The position numbers and the translations under genes are program-made. Below are positions 1 through 13,499 of a DNA stretch of 64,000 nt, in pieces. The stretch is taken from the NCBI RefSeq assembly GCF_006345805.1, contig NC_043004.1, positions 19,282,001 through 19,346,000 of the forward strand, in the 5' to 3' direction. Position 1 is the first letter of the stretch. Every line of letters starts with the position of its first letter. This stretch comes from Octopus sinensis. Its lineage: Eukaryota. Below the pieces are notes generated by a model that saw only the letters and a program-made list of their open reading frames with translations, made no database searches and was not told the origin of the DNA.

Positions 1-2704
1 TGATGTTCTGATCTTCTGTGACAGATAAATTTAGAACAATGAGATAGTGAACCGGCAAGGTATCTAGTTCAATAGTTAACTTTCTTTGTTGATTCTACAT
101 CTATAGAGATAGTGTTGCTAAGTAGTGTATGCTAAGAAGATAGAAAATAATACTTACCGGCATATAATCTCATATATTTTATGGTGGCAATTTATGAATG
201 GAGAAAGCACACTACAGAGAAGTGAAACATATTTTAATATTTTAATTTTCTTATGAATAATTATCATTCTGATGATTTGTTTCGTTTGTACGATTAAGTG
301 ACTAAATCAGTGTAACTGAGTGGTAAGATATTGTCCGTTTTAGATTTGAGGAAATGTGTCATTGCTTTACACACTGACATCCGAGATCATTCATCGTTGA
401 TTCCACTTCTCATCGAACCTTTGCAATAAAAAGAAACGACAATATTTTTTGGTGCACACACACTTTTGAATAATGCTTCCTTTTCAACACTTTTCATCCG
501 TCAGCTTTTCTTTCACAAACTCCAATTTCTCCTGGACACAGAACGAAATAATTCAGTGACCGGTCTCCTCAACTGTCACCATTGCTACTGAGTGACCTCT
601 GTAACATATCGTACAGTAGTGGGACAAAATTGTCAAAAACAATTCTCAAGTACGCTCCAACAGACACAAAAATTAAACGAAAAAGCGTCTTGAAAGTCCC
701 TTACTCATTGGTTTCAGTGGATGGAAAGCGCTTTTCCTTCCTTCCTTTCTTTGTTGTTTTTTCTTCACCCCCATCCCCACTACTCCACTTCATCATCTTT
801 TTCTACCGTTTAGATTTTCTTTTGTTCATATGAACCTGGATATTTGTTTATATATATCCCTGTGTACGTGCGGGAATATAAACAAATATCTGCATATCTA
901 TGCGTTACTGATGTATGCATTCCATATACTTGCCTATGTTACCCGCCGCAGTATCTGTTGTTACGGTTTCACCGGTTCACAATATCATAGATTCTTCTTC
1001 TCTAATAGTTTTAAGCTACCTTTTCTGTTTCTTCTTTTTTCTCACTACCTTCTTAAGTTCTTTTCTTACACACATACATGTATGTGTGTGTGTGATTATT
1101 TTTTGCTTATTTTTGACAACCTTCTTTGGCTACTAATCATCATTCTATTCTCTTTAGCGCCTATATTCTCTTTAATCTCATGTCTTTCCAGCACACGTCT
1201 CATTCCTTGCCCGACAAATTAGAATTTCCTTCTTTACAAATTCATATCTATTGCATTTTATTATTATGCAAACGTCTGCGAGAAAACAGTCAGTGGATAT
1301 ATTAACAAAAAAAAAATGGTTAATAATGCCTTTGTACTGTTTACCGAGTCAGATCGCATGATATCCGAAAATTTCATTGTGGGAATTACTGGACTTAACA
1401 TAGAGACAGCTGACAGCTCACACATGTGTTAGTGACATAATGTAGAGGTGCCTGTCTATTTATCGGTGTATAGTCCAATTAACGTAATCTCATTCAATCA
1501 CCATGTATTATTGACCTCGTTAAACCCTTGTTTTGAAGTATATCAGCATGTCTCAAACATTTTTTGGCCGTGTAGCTTGACATCTTAATATTACACTGCT
1601 AGATTATAAAAAATACAAGGTCATCTAACATTCTAATTTTTCTTTGAATTTTATTGAATATATTTCAGCAATTTCATTGTTATCTCTGCATTTCACTATT
1701 GTTTGCTTCATTTAAAAAAAAAGTATTTGAAAATATTTTAATAGAAGACTTTAAGGTATTTTGATATTCATCCTTCAATCATGGCTTTGTATCTAAAATT
1801 AAGATGCTTAACGAAAATTAGTCATTTTAATTATGACTGATTTAATGAGTTCTTGATTACCAACAAGTTATGCTAAAGGTCATTAATACTGTCTGCCACG
1901 ATATCAACAGTCTAACATAATTCATTAAACACAACATAATTTCTTTCAACATATTCCATTATACATTGTTTATTAAATCAAAGAATTCTATTATATCGTT
2001 ATATAATCGTTTGTTTGTACAATACTTGATATTGATTGTTCTCTTATTATATTCTGGTTTTCAACTTCTAAAGAATATCACAGCTGAATGAGTTGATATG
2101 GAACACAGTAGTCTGACCTATCTTACCAGTTAAATGCTCAAAGATGTGTATTTGGTTATTGCATTCCCGAAGTGCATTTTAATTTCGATAAGCCAGTCGA
2201 TCTAATTTAAAAATTGATATTGTAATAAACCTAACTTCATACTTTAAGCAGTTGAACTATTGTGTAATTAAGGGGAGTTCCGTTAGCTTTCAGGCTGAAG
2301 TCGAAATCCTTCAGAGGGAAAAAAAATCAATTGTATCTTCAGAAAGGAGGATATATTTCAGCTGCTAATGGTACAGTCATTATTCGAGTGAGTGAGGATA
2401 AATGAAATTTTAAAATTAACAACTTCTGAAAAGAAATTACGAAGTTTAAATAAGAATGTATTTATTTCGAAGAGAAAATACCATTTCATGCCAGCTTTAA
2501 ACAGTATTGACAGCAACCAGTGTTGATATAAATATCATTAGTAAATGATTATATGTTATCACATAACAAAAGCATATAGCGTGTGACATACTTCCGTGCT
2601 CAGCAGGGATTGACTGATTAAATTTACTGTTATCAAGTTTTGTCTCTATGTCGTATTTTCTTATGATTATGTATATATGTGTATGTACTGGTGTATGTAT
2701 GCAT

Positions 2705-2775
<71 letters not shown>

Positions 2776-2810
2776 CGTATGCACATATATATATGCATAC
2801 ATGTGTGTAT

Positions 2811-2843
<33 letters not shown>

Positions 2844-3396
2844 CATATAGATATATATATATATAATTATATATTTATCTTGTATATATATATATATAAT
2901 ATATATATATATATATGTATGTATGTATGTATGTATTTATGTATATAAAATGCACACACATACATACACACATACATACTCATATATGCACATGTAATTT
3001 TTGAAATTATTCAAGAAATATTAGAAACATGCATAAAATGTGTCGCTAGATATTTTCTTTCTCCTTAATTTTGAGCATAATTATAATGAATTTCGCTTTG
3101 AATAGCAGGAAAATATGAAGAAAGAGAGTTGTTTGGGAAAATAGCTTTCTTTTTTTAATATGTAATTTTATTAATATTTAATTTATCTCTTTACATATAT
3201 ATTTTTACTAAATATAGTCATTGCAAAATTCCAGAGTGCTGTATCATGATTTTCGTCTTATGTACCATTACTACAGCTAATATTCTTTGTGTCGAGTGTT
3301 GAATAAGAAGAAAATGCATGAGACATATAACGTCTATTTTACCGCATTAAATCTTTATTTGATATAAAAATAAAACTGTTTTTACACACACACACC

Positions 3397-3445
<49 letters not shown>

Positions 3446-3448
<3 letters not shown>

Positions 3449-3807
3449 GGTCCCGGGTTGATTCGGGGTTAACCACAGTAAATAAGGTACTCAATACATA
3501 GTAGAGTAAAATTAATTTATTATATAGAGGAGCTTCTACAGGACTAGAACTGTTTCATTCAGAGAAATCTTCAGGAAGCTAGTTAACAAGAATTGTATTG
3601 GCATTTATACATTTAGGCAGTTGGTGGGGGACTTTTTGGGGTAGGCATAGCGCAAAATATCATACTTGGGGGAGTGGTCAAGAGTGAGTGTTAAATTAGA
3701 TAGAAGAATAAAAAAAAAATTTAAAAAAAAAATATATATATAAAAAAATATATAAAAATATATATTAAAAAAGGGAATAGAGTTTTAGGTAAATAAGGAG
3801 ATTCTCA
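3446..3807 (-). mobile_element. Non-autonomous HHR-bearing repeat (PLE pLTR / retrozyme-like), copy 1
   Basis: Closely similar over about 360 bp to 31686-32048; flanked by (TA)n/(CA)n arrays; contains an HHR motif on the minus strand; no ORF. Confidence 0.7.
3531..3580 (-). ncRNA. Type I hammerhead ribozyme motif
   Basis: Minus strand AGCTTC-CTGAAGA-TTTCTCTGAAT-GAAAC-AG-TTCTAGTC-CT-GTA|GAAGCT: 6-bp helix I, 4-bp helix III (ACAG/CTGT), CUGANGA/GAAA/GUA core; helix II is weak. Confidence 0.7.
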
Positions 3808-3957
3808 CTTATACCTATACACATATGTATACATATATACACACACTACAAACATATATACATATACATACACACATACGTACACACACACATATATACA
3901 TATATATACACTTACACATACATATACATATCTACACATACACATATATGTATACAT

Positions 3958-4177
3958 ACACACACTCACATGCATACACGTATACACCACATGTGTATAT
4001 ACACACACGACCACACATACATATACACACAGAAAAATATATATACACATACACACACATACTCACATACACGCATACACACACATATCCACAGACACAT
4101 ATGCACACTAGTCCCTATATACATATATACACATACACACACATATACACACACATACATATACATACATATATATA

Positions 4178-4218
<41 letters not shown>

Positions 4219-4632
4219 GTGTACCTATGCATACCTACATACACACATATATATAACACATACAAATACAGACCCATTCCTAATTTTAATTTTATTATCT
4301 TCATTTATTACTTTTGTTATCTTTGATCGCTGGTCACAAACATCTTGGCTATGACAGCCAGTCCATTTATCTGTCTACTGGAAAACAAGCACTCATTTAC
4401 TCACGCACACTCTTTAGCACGTACACTCACTCATTCGCACACACTCATACACATACACGCACGCACGCGTTATATTCATACATACATACATTTACATACA
4501 TTCACGTATATACACATACGTACGCGTACCTACAGATTCATGTCTACACTCTTAGAAGGCTAGTCTATACATATACACCAATAAATATAAATACAAACAC
4601 ATACATATACACCTACATACAATACATACATG

Positions 4633-4670
<38 letters not shown>

Positions 4671-5314
4671 CATACATATTACACATATACATATATATAT
4701 ATACATATACACACACATACACATACATACATATACACACATACATACATACGTATACATACATACATACATCCATACATCCATACAACATTTATACACA
4801 TACACACACCCACACGTATACATATACGTACATATATATACGCGCATGCATACACATACAAATACATACACATACGCAATACATATACATACATACGCAT
4901 ACACAACACACACATATATATATATATATATATAATATATATATATAACATACACACACATACATATACATACATACATATACAAATATACGCACATACA
5001 TACATACTCATATACACATACACGCACATACACATGTACATGCGTACCCATACACACACACACACGCGCGCATCCATATATACACATAAGTACACACATG
5101 CGTAAAAGTATACATATATCTATGCTTACACATACACACACACACACGTGCCTCCTTATATTCATACTTACATGCATACTCAAAAAATAAGTAAATAGTA
5201 AAATATATATACGCGCAGTTATTCATACATGCATACTCAAAAAATAAATAATAAATATTAAGTATATGTACGTGCAGTTACCTATTATATAGACGGATAC
5301 ATACATATAAACTT

Positions 5315-5371
<57 letters not shown>

Positions 5372-5806
5372 TATAACATATATACACACATAATATACAT
5401 ATACATATATACATATACATATACACACACATATACACATATATATATATATACATACTTACACACATGTACAAATACATACACACATAGATAACTCTAC
5501 GTACCTACATATACATAAACACACAAGCGTACACGTATTGTACATATACACATACACATACACACGCATATATATACATACATACATACACATACACACA
5601 TATATACACACCACACACTTACATATACATATATACACACACTTACACATATATATACATACACATATACATACATACATACATATATGCATACATACAC
5701 ACACACACATATATATATGCATACATACACATACACATACCTATACATATATATACACACATATATACACATGCACATACTTATATCTCTACATACTCGC
5801 ATATAC

Positions 5807-5853
<47 letters not shown>

Positions 5854-6094
5854 ATATACCTATATACATGTATATATACACACACAATATATACGCATCT
5901 ACAGTTTGTATCTACACTCACATACATGCACATACACATAACTCTACATACCTACATATACATCGACATACTCGCGTACACTCATATATATACACATATA
6001 TACATATACACGTGTGTGTATATGTATATGTATATATGTATATGTATATATATGTGTGTATATATGTTATATATATTATATATAATATATATAT

Positions 6095-6129
<35 letters not shown>

Positions 6130-7753
6130 CAAAAAGCAATAAAGATTCAAGTTAATTTAAATGAATTTACTTGAATATGGTACCTAACTTAGATGCACCA
6201 AATAAAACTATACTGTTTTAACAATACAGTAATGTGGGGTGATTATAAGCGAGAAAGAAGCAACAAGAATGGATAGGTTTTTAGCCTGTCCTTGTATGAA
6301 ACGATTGTACTAAAAACCTATCCATTCTTGTTGCTTCTTTCTCGCGTATATATTATATATATGTGTGTGTAAGTTTATATGTATGTATCCGTCTATATAA
6401 TAGGTAACTGCACGTACATATACTTAATATTTATTATTTATTTTTTGAGTATGCATGTATGAATAACTGCGCGTATATATATTTTACTATTTACTTATTT
6501 TTGAGTATGCATGTAAGTATGAATATAAGGAGGCACGTGTGTGGTGTGTATGTGTAAGCATAGATATATGTATACTTTTACGCATGTGTGTACTTATGTG
6601 TATATATGGATGCGCGCGTGTGTGTGTGTGTATGGGTACGCATGTACCGTGTATGTGCGTGTATGTGTATATGAGTATGTATGTATGTGTTGTACGTATA
6701 TTGTATATGTATGTATGTATATGTATGGTGTGTGTATATATATATATATTATATATATATATATATATATATGGTGTGTGTTGTGTATGTGTATGTATGT
6801 ATATGTATATGCGTATATGTATGTATTTGTATTTGTATGCATGCGTGTATATATATGTACGTATATGTATACGTGTGGGTGTGTGTATGTGTTCTAAATG
6901 TATGTATGTATGGATGTATGGATGTATGTATGTATGTATACGTATGTATGTGTATGTGTGTATATGTATGTATGTGTATGTGTGTGTATATGTATATATA
7001 TATATGTATATGTTATATGTATGTATATGTATAATATATATATATATATATAATATGTTTATATATAATGTATATATATGTGAATATGTATATATATGTA
7101 TATATATATATATACATGTATGTATTGTATGTAGGTGTATATGTATGTGTGTGTATTTACATTTATTGGTGTATATTATAGGACTAGCCTCTAGAGTGTA
7201 GACATGAATCTGTAGGTACGCGTACGTATGTGTATATACGTGAATGTATGTAGATGTATGTATGTATGAATATAACGCGTGTATGTGTATGAGTGCGCGA
7301 ATGAGTGAGTGTACGTGCTAAAGAGTGTGCGTGAGTAAATGAGTGCTTGTTTTCCAGTAGACAGATAAATGGACTGGCTGTCATAGCCAAGATGTTTGTG
7401 ACCAGCGATCAAAGATAACAAAAGTAATAAATGAAGATAATAAAATTAAGATTAGGGAATGGATCTGTATTTGTATGTGTATATATATGTGTGTATGTGT
7501 AGGTATGCATAGGTACACATATGTATATATATATATATATGTATGTATATGTATGTGTGTGTATATGTGTGTGTATGTGTATATATGTGTATATAGGGAC
7601 TAGTGTGCTGTGTGTGCATATGTGTGTGTGGATATGTGTGTGTATGCGTGTATGTGAGTATGTGTGTGTATGTGTATATATATTTTTCTGTGTGTATATG
7701 TATGTGTGGTCGTGTGTGTATATACACATGTGTGTATACGTGTATGCATGTGA

Positions 7754-7760
<7 letters not shown>
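3958..7760. repeat. Compound (TA)/(CA) microsatellite block with an inverted duplication of about 1.4 kb (arms about 3958-5330 and 6346-7760)
   Basis: Non-repetitive islands at 4260-4560 and 5100-5310 recur as reverse complements at about 7180-7480 and 6365-6590. Confidence 0.85.
6249..6345. repeat. Perfect 36-bp inverted repeat with 25-nt spacer
   Basis: GCGAGAAAGAAGCAACAAGAATGGATAGGTTTTTAG (6249-6284) and its exact reverse complement (6310-6345). Confidence 0.95.
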
Positions 7761-7786
<26 letters not shown>

Positions 7787-9032
7787 TATATATATATATA
7801 CATACACAGCCATATCTGTTTTGCTTGTTCATTCTTTGTTTTTAGTTTTTAGAATTACTATTGTTTCGCAATCCTTTCCATTAAATGTATGGATTCTAAG
7901 TCTGATGTTCTTTGATTTTTTTTGTTTTTCATAATTTTTTTTTTAATGTTCGACATTAAAACTCAGTTTTCAATAACTCATGTCATGCAGTTTCCATTTT
8001 GTGGAGTTACTGCAACGTCTACATCTTTGTACTGTTTCAGCATTTATAAATACATTGCTAAAAAGTCTGCATTAGTATCAAAATATTTATAAAGAAACCT
8101 CTGTCTGCTGACTGTAAATAATAAATAAAATCTATTATATTCTTCCGATATTGCACTTTTTCAAAAGTGATGGGTAAACAAATCAGTGATTGTGATTCCT
8201 TGACTACTTGAGTTCAAATTGCATTAAGGTAGAGTTCTGTCTATCATCGCGCTGGGGTTGATACAATGAATATTAAACGAATCCTAGTTTCAGCATAATT
8301 GTTTCCTTTGTTGTAAATTAAAATTGCCTTCGTAAAAGAGTCGAAATTCTGTGACATCAAATCTTTTTATTAAATTGACATCCAATAATGTACTGGTACA
8401 TCTATCAAGTGAACTCTAACCACACAAATTTATTGATTGGTATTGTTATGCCGTAATAATAAACCAACACTTGTCTCCAATGTAATGAACCCGTTCACAG
8501 TCGTTTAAACGTCGGAATGACTGAATGCCTATTCGCGCTTTAAGTTAAGACCTCAATATTGCTTTGATCCTTTCTAGGTCGATGGAAAAAGTGCCTGGAG
8601 TCTCCCCCTGCTCTCTTACTTTCTTTATTTCTCTCTCTCTCCCCCTCTCTCTCTCTCTTTTTCTCTCGGTCTACCTGAATCGGCTACTTTGTATCGTAAA
8701 CTGTGTCACGGGAGACTACACACAGTATCTCTTCTTCAGAAATGGGGAACGATTCAATAATGTGGTTACTGTAATAGTAGAACATAGAAAGTAAATATAA
8801 CACGTTGTGAAGGGCCTCTCACTGTACTGAACGTTCTTTCCAAGGCACTGATATTTTTTCTCAAGAAAAGCATAGCGAATGAGCACCATATTTCGTAAAT
8901 TTATTTCCAAAATAGCGCTTGCCTTATGTATGACATAAATACTGTTTTTTTGTAAAGTGGAGGAAAAATTAATTTATAGATGTTACTGAAAATGTTTAGT
9001 TATATCAGACTTCTGGATTTATCATCCCGGAG

Positions 9033-9086
9033 TTCTTCTTCTTCTTCTTCTTCTTCTTCTTCTTCTTCTTCTTCTTCTTCTTCTTC
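9033..9086. repeat. (CTT)n microsatellite, 18 units
   Basis: Seen directly. Confidence 0.95.
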
Positions 9087-9724
9087 GTTTCATTATGCGT
9101 GAGAAATGGTCTTTTGTTAGATAATCGCATAATTTTGATCTATTCATAAACTATATAAGATATTTTAGGCTATATCTAGACTTTTGTCTAGCTAATTAAA
9201 TGAAGGTAATGATGATATGATTTTTATTAAGCTAATAACATTTCGTTTCTGTTGTGGGCATGTGATCTATAAATACATGACAATAATACATTCGCAATTT
9301 CAGAATGACAAAAAGTCGCCGGTGCTTATTCACTCATTCGTCAGAAACTTTAGAAAAATGAGGAAATAGAGAGAGACGTGATTTTTTAAAGCAATCTCAG
9401 GATAACAAAGCGTTAGCTAGAGACATTAACATATTTTCTATAGTTAGTAAAGTTAGTTTCCTATCTAAACACTTAATCTTCAGTCCAGTTTGGGCGAAAT
9501 TTGTTGAGTTACTTTTCGGACATTCTGAAGAAAGTATTATATTCTAGACGATAGCTTCAAAAGTTTTTTGTTTTCTTTCTGTTTGTTGCTTTTTTTTTTA
9601 CTGCGAGTAATAGTTATGACAATGAGAAATTGATTCAAAAGAAAGATGTATTTGTGTGAGGAGAACTAAAACACCAGAAAAAGAAAGAAATATTGATTTC
9701 AAATACCGACACAATCCCAGCAGT

Positions 9725-9872
9725 TTCGCGGGTAGATATAAGTCGATTAAAACGACCCCAGTGCTCAACAGGTACTTTTTTTATCGACCCAAAGTGATGA
9801 AAGGCACAGTCAACCTTGACAGAATTTGAATTCAGAACGTGAAGACGGATGAAACGCAAATAAGCATTTTAC
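9725..9872 (-). mobile_element. tRNA-derived SINE family B, degenerate
   Basis: Matches the family-B body (ATCGACCC..GATGAAAGGC..GTCAACC..GAATTTGAATTCAGAACG) seen intact at 28182 and 53515. Confidence 0.75.
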
Positions 9873-11561
9873 CACATAAATAGAAAGATATATTGAAGGA
9901 AAGAATGACAGCCACATATCTTTACGATATAATGGAAAAGTATGTTAAGCATTTTTCTAAATTTCAAGGATCTACAAATTCCAACATAACTCACGCTTCA
10001 GGAATCTTTAAAGAGGTAGGAAATAAATAATTTTCCTGTGAGACAATATCATATCGTTTCACGGGATTCTCAGTCCGAGAGGCCAAACTCACTTGTGCAA
10101 AGCCCCACATAAAAAATAGAAACTTCTTAGTTCCACACTGCTGCCTAGAGTAGTGAATAATACCACCATTTGATGCCTGGTTTAAATAAGGTGGGCATAG
10201 TCATTGAAAGATAAGTACCTTTGCCATGCACAACCGGGAATATATAAAGTCAACAAAGAGCGTCAGTGTCAACGTTCGACTGCCTAGAAATAGCAGCCAA
10301 ATTATTCACTCACACAAACCACCTTAAGAACGTGAACAACATATAAGTAGTGCAGACCTAAGTAATAGTTTTGCGCCTTGAAATTAATAATCGTTTCACT
10401 GTTAACCTCTTTAATATAAGAATAGCAATTACAAATGAAAACGTTATTTTAGCCTTAGATGTTCTGAAGTGCCGCACAATTTATGTGATACACATTTCAA
10501 TAAATAGGTTTTCGCAATAAATACTATGGTTAGTTTCAGAGGCTCCGGCCACATTTGGATTTAGTAGTGTTTAGGATATGAGTCACGAATCCATCGTAAC
10601 GGTCCAGGCAGTATTAATACAACACTGCCGCAGTCAAATAACTGAAACAAGTAAAAGATAAACGGTAAAATAGAATTTTTCAGCAAGAACTTAATAGTGA
10701 GGAGACGAGTTAGTGCAGGCATTAAGATATAGTTGTTATTTCCAGATGGTAATAATTCGATCGTGGGGTAAATTTACAGTAAAAAGAGTTGTGCAGTTAA
10801 TATATATACTGCTCAGTTTATAGTTTAATATCTTTTCCATTCAACCACACCAAAAAATAGAAATATATATTTATATAGAACATATTAATAATACACGAAC
10901 TAGATAAATCTACAAACTGTTATCTATTCGCAAACATGCAGTTGTTCTCCGTAGAAAATGAATTGGATTTCTATATACTTCTCTTTCCCCAGAACACATT
11001 GCCTGCATTATCCATGGTTGAGGCTTTTAAATATAGTTTTATCAACCTTATACATATTTCAGAAACAATTATTTCAGTAACATCATTTCATAATTATCAT
11101 TCTGATGCATCCTTTATTCTGGAAATGGATATTTCTTATTTCTAACATAAATAGATGTATCTTCGATGAAGTCAAGAAAATTGAAACGCCATTTTCTTTT
11201 AATCTGAAGCTGACTTCTTTTTTCTTTCTCTTTTTTTTTTTGGATATCAATGAAGACATTGTTTTATTAATCCCTCTTATTTCACAAGTGGTTTAGTAAT
11301 AATGATTTATTACATAAATAGCTGTTGGTTTTGGTAACAATGGACTTGATTAAATTAACTAGGCACTACTTCATTAACCCTGCTTGGAGGGATTTGAATT
11401 GAGAAAGTAATGACAGGAAAATACCACAAGACCTTATGGCTAGCACTCTACTGAACCTAAATATCAAAATTTATTTAAACAGGCGTCCGACAATTCTGTA
11501 ACTTCTTTAACATCATCTCATCAAGATAATCTGAAAACAAGGACAACAACAAGTATTATTA

Positions 11562-11760
11562 TTTCAAAATTTGGCACAAGGTCAGAAAATTTAGAGGTAG
11601 AGGTAAGTCGAGTTCATCGACCCAAAGCCCTTTATTTTATTGACCCTAAAAGGATGAAAGCAAAGTTGACCACGGCGGGATTTGAGCCAAGTACTTAAAG
11701 AATCATGGAAAATACCGCTGAGTATTTTGTCCGATGCGCTAATGATTCCAACAGCTCACA
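11562..11760 (-). mobile_element. tRNA-derived SINE family B, degenerate
   Basis: GACCC.AAAGGATGAAAGCAAAGTTGACC.CGGCGGGATTTGA body and head remnant ending ACAGCTCAC. Confidence 0.7.
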
Positions 11761-12127
11761 CCCAAACAATAACAACAACAGTAATAATGATACTTTCTTC
11801 AGCATGTGACTGAAAGAATTCAAAGTATTTAAACTCATAAATGGCTTCGAAAATCAATTGAAACCTACAAAATATCATATTTCTTTGCTGACATTCAAGT
11901 CTATCAACAGAAAATTATTCTCGTTCGAGAAAAACAGCTATAAAGGGCTTCTCATAAAACTCGGATAGAATTCCAAAATAATGAGAACTGGAAATTTTGT
12001 TTTCAATGAATTTGTGACGATTAACTTATAAATGTAGCGGAAAATCTCCATCACATGTAAATACTAAATGCTAAATGTTCTCATATTCTTCACAACTACT
12101 CTCCCGAATATTGAAAGTATATTTCTA

Positions 12128-12510
12128 AGTGCAGGCATGGTTGTGTGGTAAGAAACTTACTTCCTAACCACATGATCCCGGATTTAGTCTCACTTCGCGG
12201 CACCTTGGGTAAGTATCTTCTACTATAGCCTTGGAGCAATCGAAGCCTTTGAATACATTTGGTAGACGGAAAGTGAAAGAAGCCCGTCGTACATATATAT
12301 AAATGGGTCTTTTTGAGTCTATGCTTACCCCCACATCACCGCTTGACAACCGGTATTGGTGTATTTGGGTCCCCGTAAACCGTAAACACACCAGAAGTAA
12401 CAGATAAAATAAAAACGAGGCTTAAAATAAAAAATAAGTTCCGGTGTTGATTCATTCGACTAAAATTCCCGCAAGCCGCAGTCAAATAACTGAAACAAGT
12501 AAAAGATAAA
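12128..12510 (+). mobile_element. tRNA-derived SINE family A (CORE-like central domain)
   Basis: A-box-like TGGTTGTGTGG head, GCACCTTGGGTAAGTATCTT core resembling the MIR/CORE motif, tail GCCGCAGTCAAATAACTGAAACAAGTAAAAGA. Confidence 0.8.
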
Positions 12511-13124
12511 CGATAAAATAGAATTCCTCAGCTTAATAATGAAGAGTCGAGTTAGTGCAGCATTAAGATATAGACTATTTGCTTGTGCTCATAATAAGTC
12601 GAAAGTGACTTCAAACAGGAATGGAACACAGCCAAACAGCCATGACCTTCACATGATGTGAGGTTCTAGTGCCATTGATAAGTTAATGATAAGCTTGAAT
12701 AACTGTAAACCAGTGTCATATACATTTATATAATAATATTAAGGAATGGCCTTAATAGGCCATTCAACTCACTAAAACGAGCAGCTAAACTCAAACCGCT
12801 AAATAGTAGTAATTCAGAAATCAAAGGAAAGTTAAAAACATTTACCCTAATCATCTTTGGACTATGCATAGTTTCGACGTACTTTTTGGTAAACCAGCCT
12901 AATTAAATTAAATTTAATTTAATCAAGTCAATTTACCACTGGCCCGTCTCATCGGCAAAGAAGCCAGGAGGAATAAATATTCCACGAGGCAACAGCATCG
13001 ATGCCTTGGGAATATATACTCTAAATTTTCAAAATCTACCGTCATCGCGCCAACTTATCAGCAGCAAATATAAACTGCTGATTTAATTTCAGAATTAGCC
13101 AAAAATCATTAATTAATCAATGTA

Positions 13125-13425
13125 AGCCAAAACTATCTGGATGAAATCCACTCAATCACACGCCAGATTTTACCATAACGATAAATACGCGTGTGGTTCA
13201 ATGATTACATCCGACGTTATAATTCAAATGCCCCAACTAACAGCGCGCCAAACTTTCACGGAAAGTATTTTATATGCAGTATTTGTTTTCCGTGAAGTTT
13301 GGCGCGTGTTAGTTGGGGCATTTGAATTATAACGTCGGATGTAATCAATTGAACCACACGCGTATTTATCGTTATGGTAAAATCTGGCGTGTGATTGAGT
13401 GGATTTCATCCAGATAGTTTTGGCT
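13125..13425. repeat. Palindrome of about 300 bp (140-bp arms, 22-nt spacer)
   Basis: 13125-13264 versus the reverse complement of 13287-13425 differ only by three single-base indels in my reading. Confidence 0.95.
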
Positions 13426-13499
13426 GACGAGCTACAAGTGGATTTTTTTGTAAGTAAAATTACATTTAATTCATTAATAGCGAAACAATTGTCCCAAAA
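13418..13499 (+). ncRNA. Type I hammerhead ribozyme with canonical core
   Basis: TTTTGG-CTGACGA-GCTA-(43 nt)-TAGC-GAAAC-AATT-GTC|CCAAAA: helix I 6 bp, helix II GCTA/TAGC, palindromic helix III ACAATTGT, GUC cleavage triplet (cut after 13493). Confidence 0.85.

Noticed and set aside
151-210. Minus-strand ATGAGATTATATGCCG|GTAAGTA as a first coding exon
   Set aside because: A single donor-like motif is expected by chance in AT-rich DNA; the downstream exon would lie outside the window.
2497-7934. Many long YI/HT/CV-rich ORFs (also near 13.5, 14.3, 20, 29, 32, 41.8, 58 and 62.8 kb)
   Set aside because: They are translations of (TA)n, (CA)n, (TATG)n and (GATA)n arrays, which lack stop codons; not genes.
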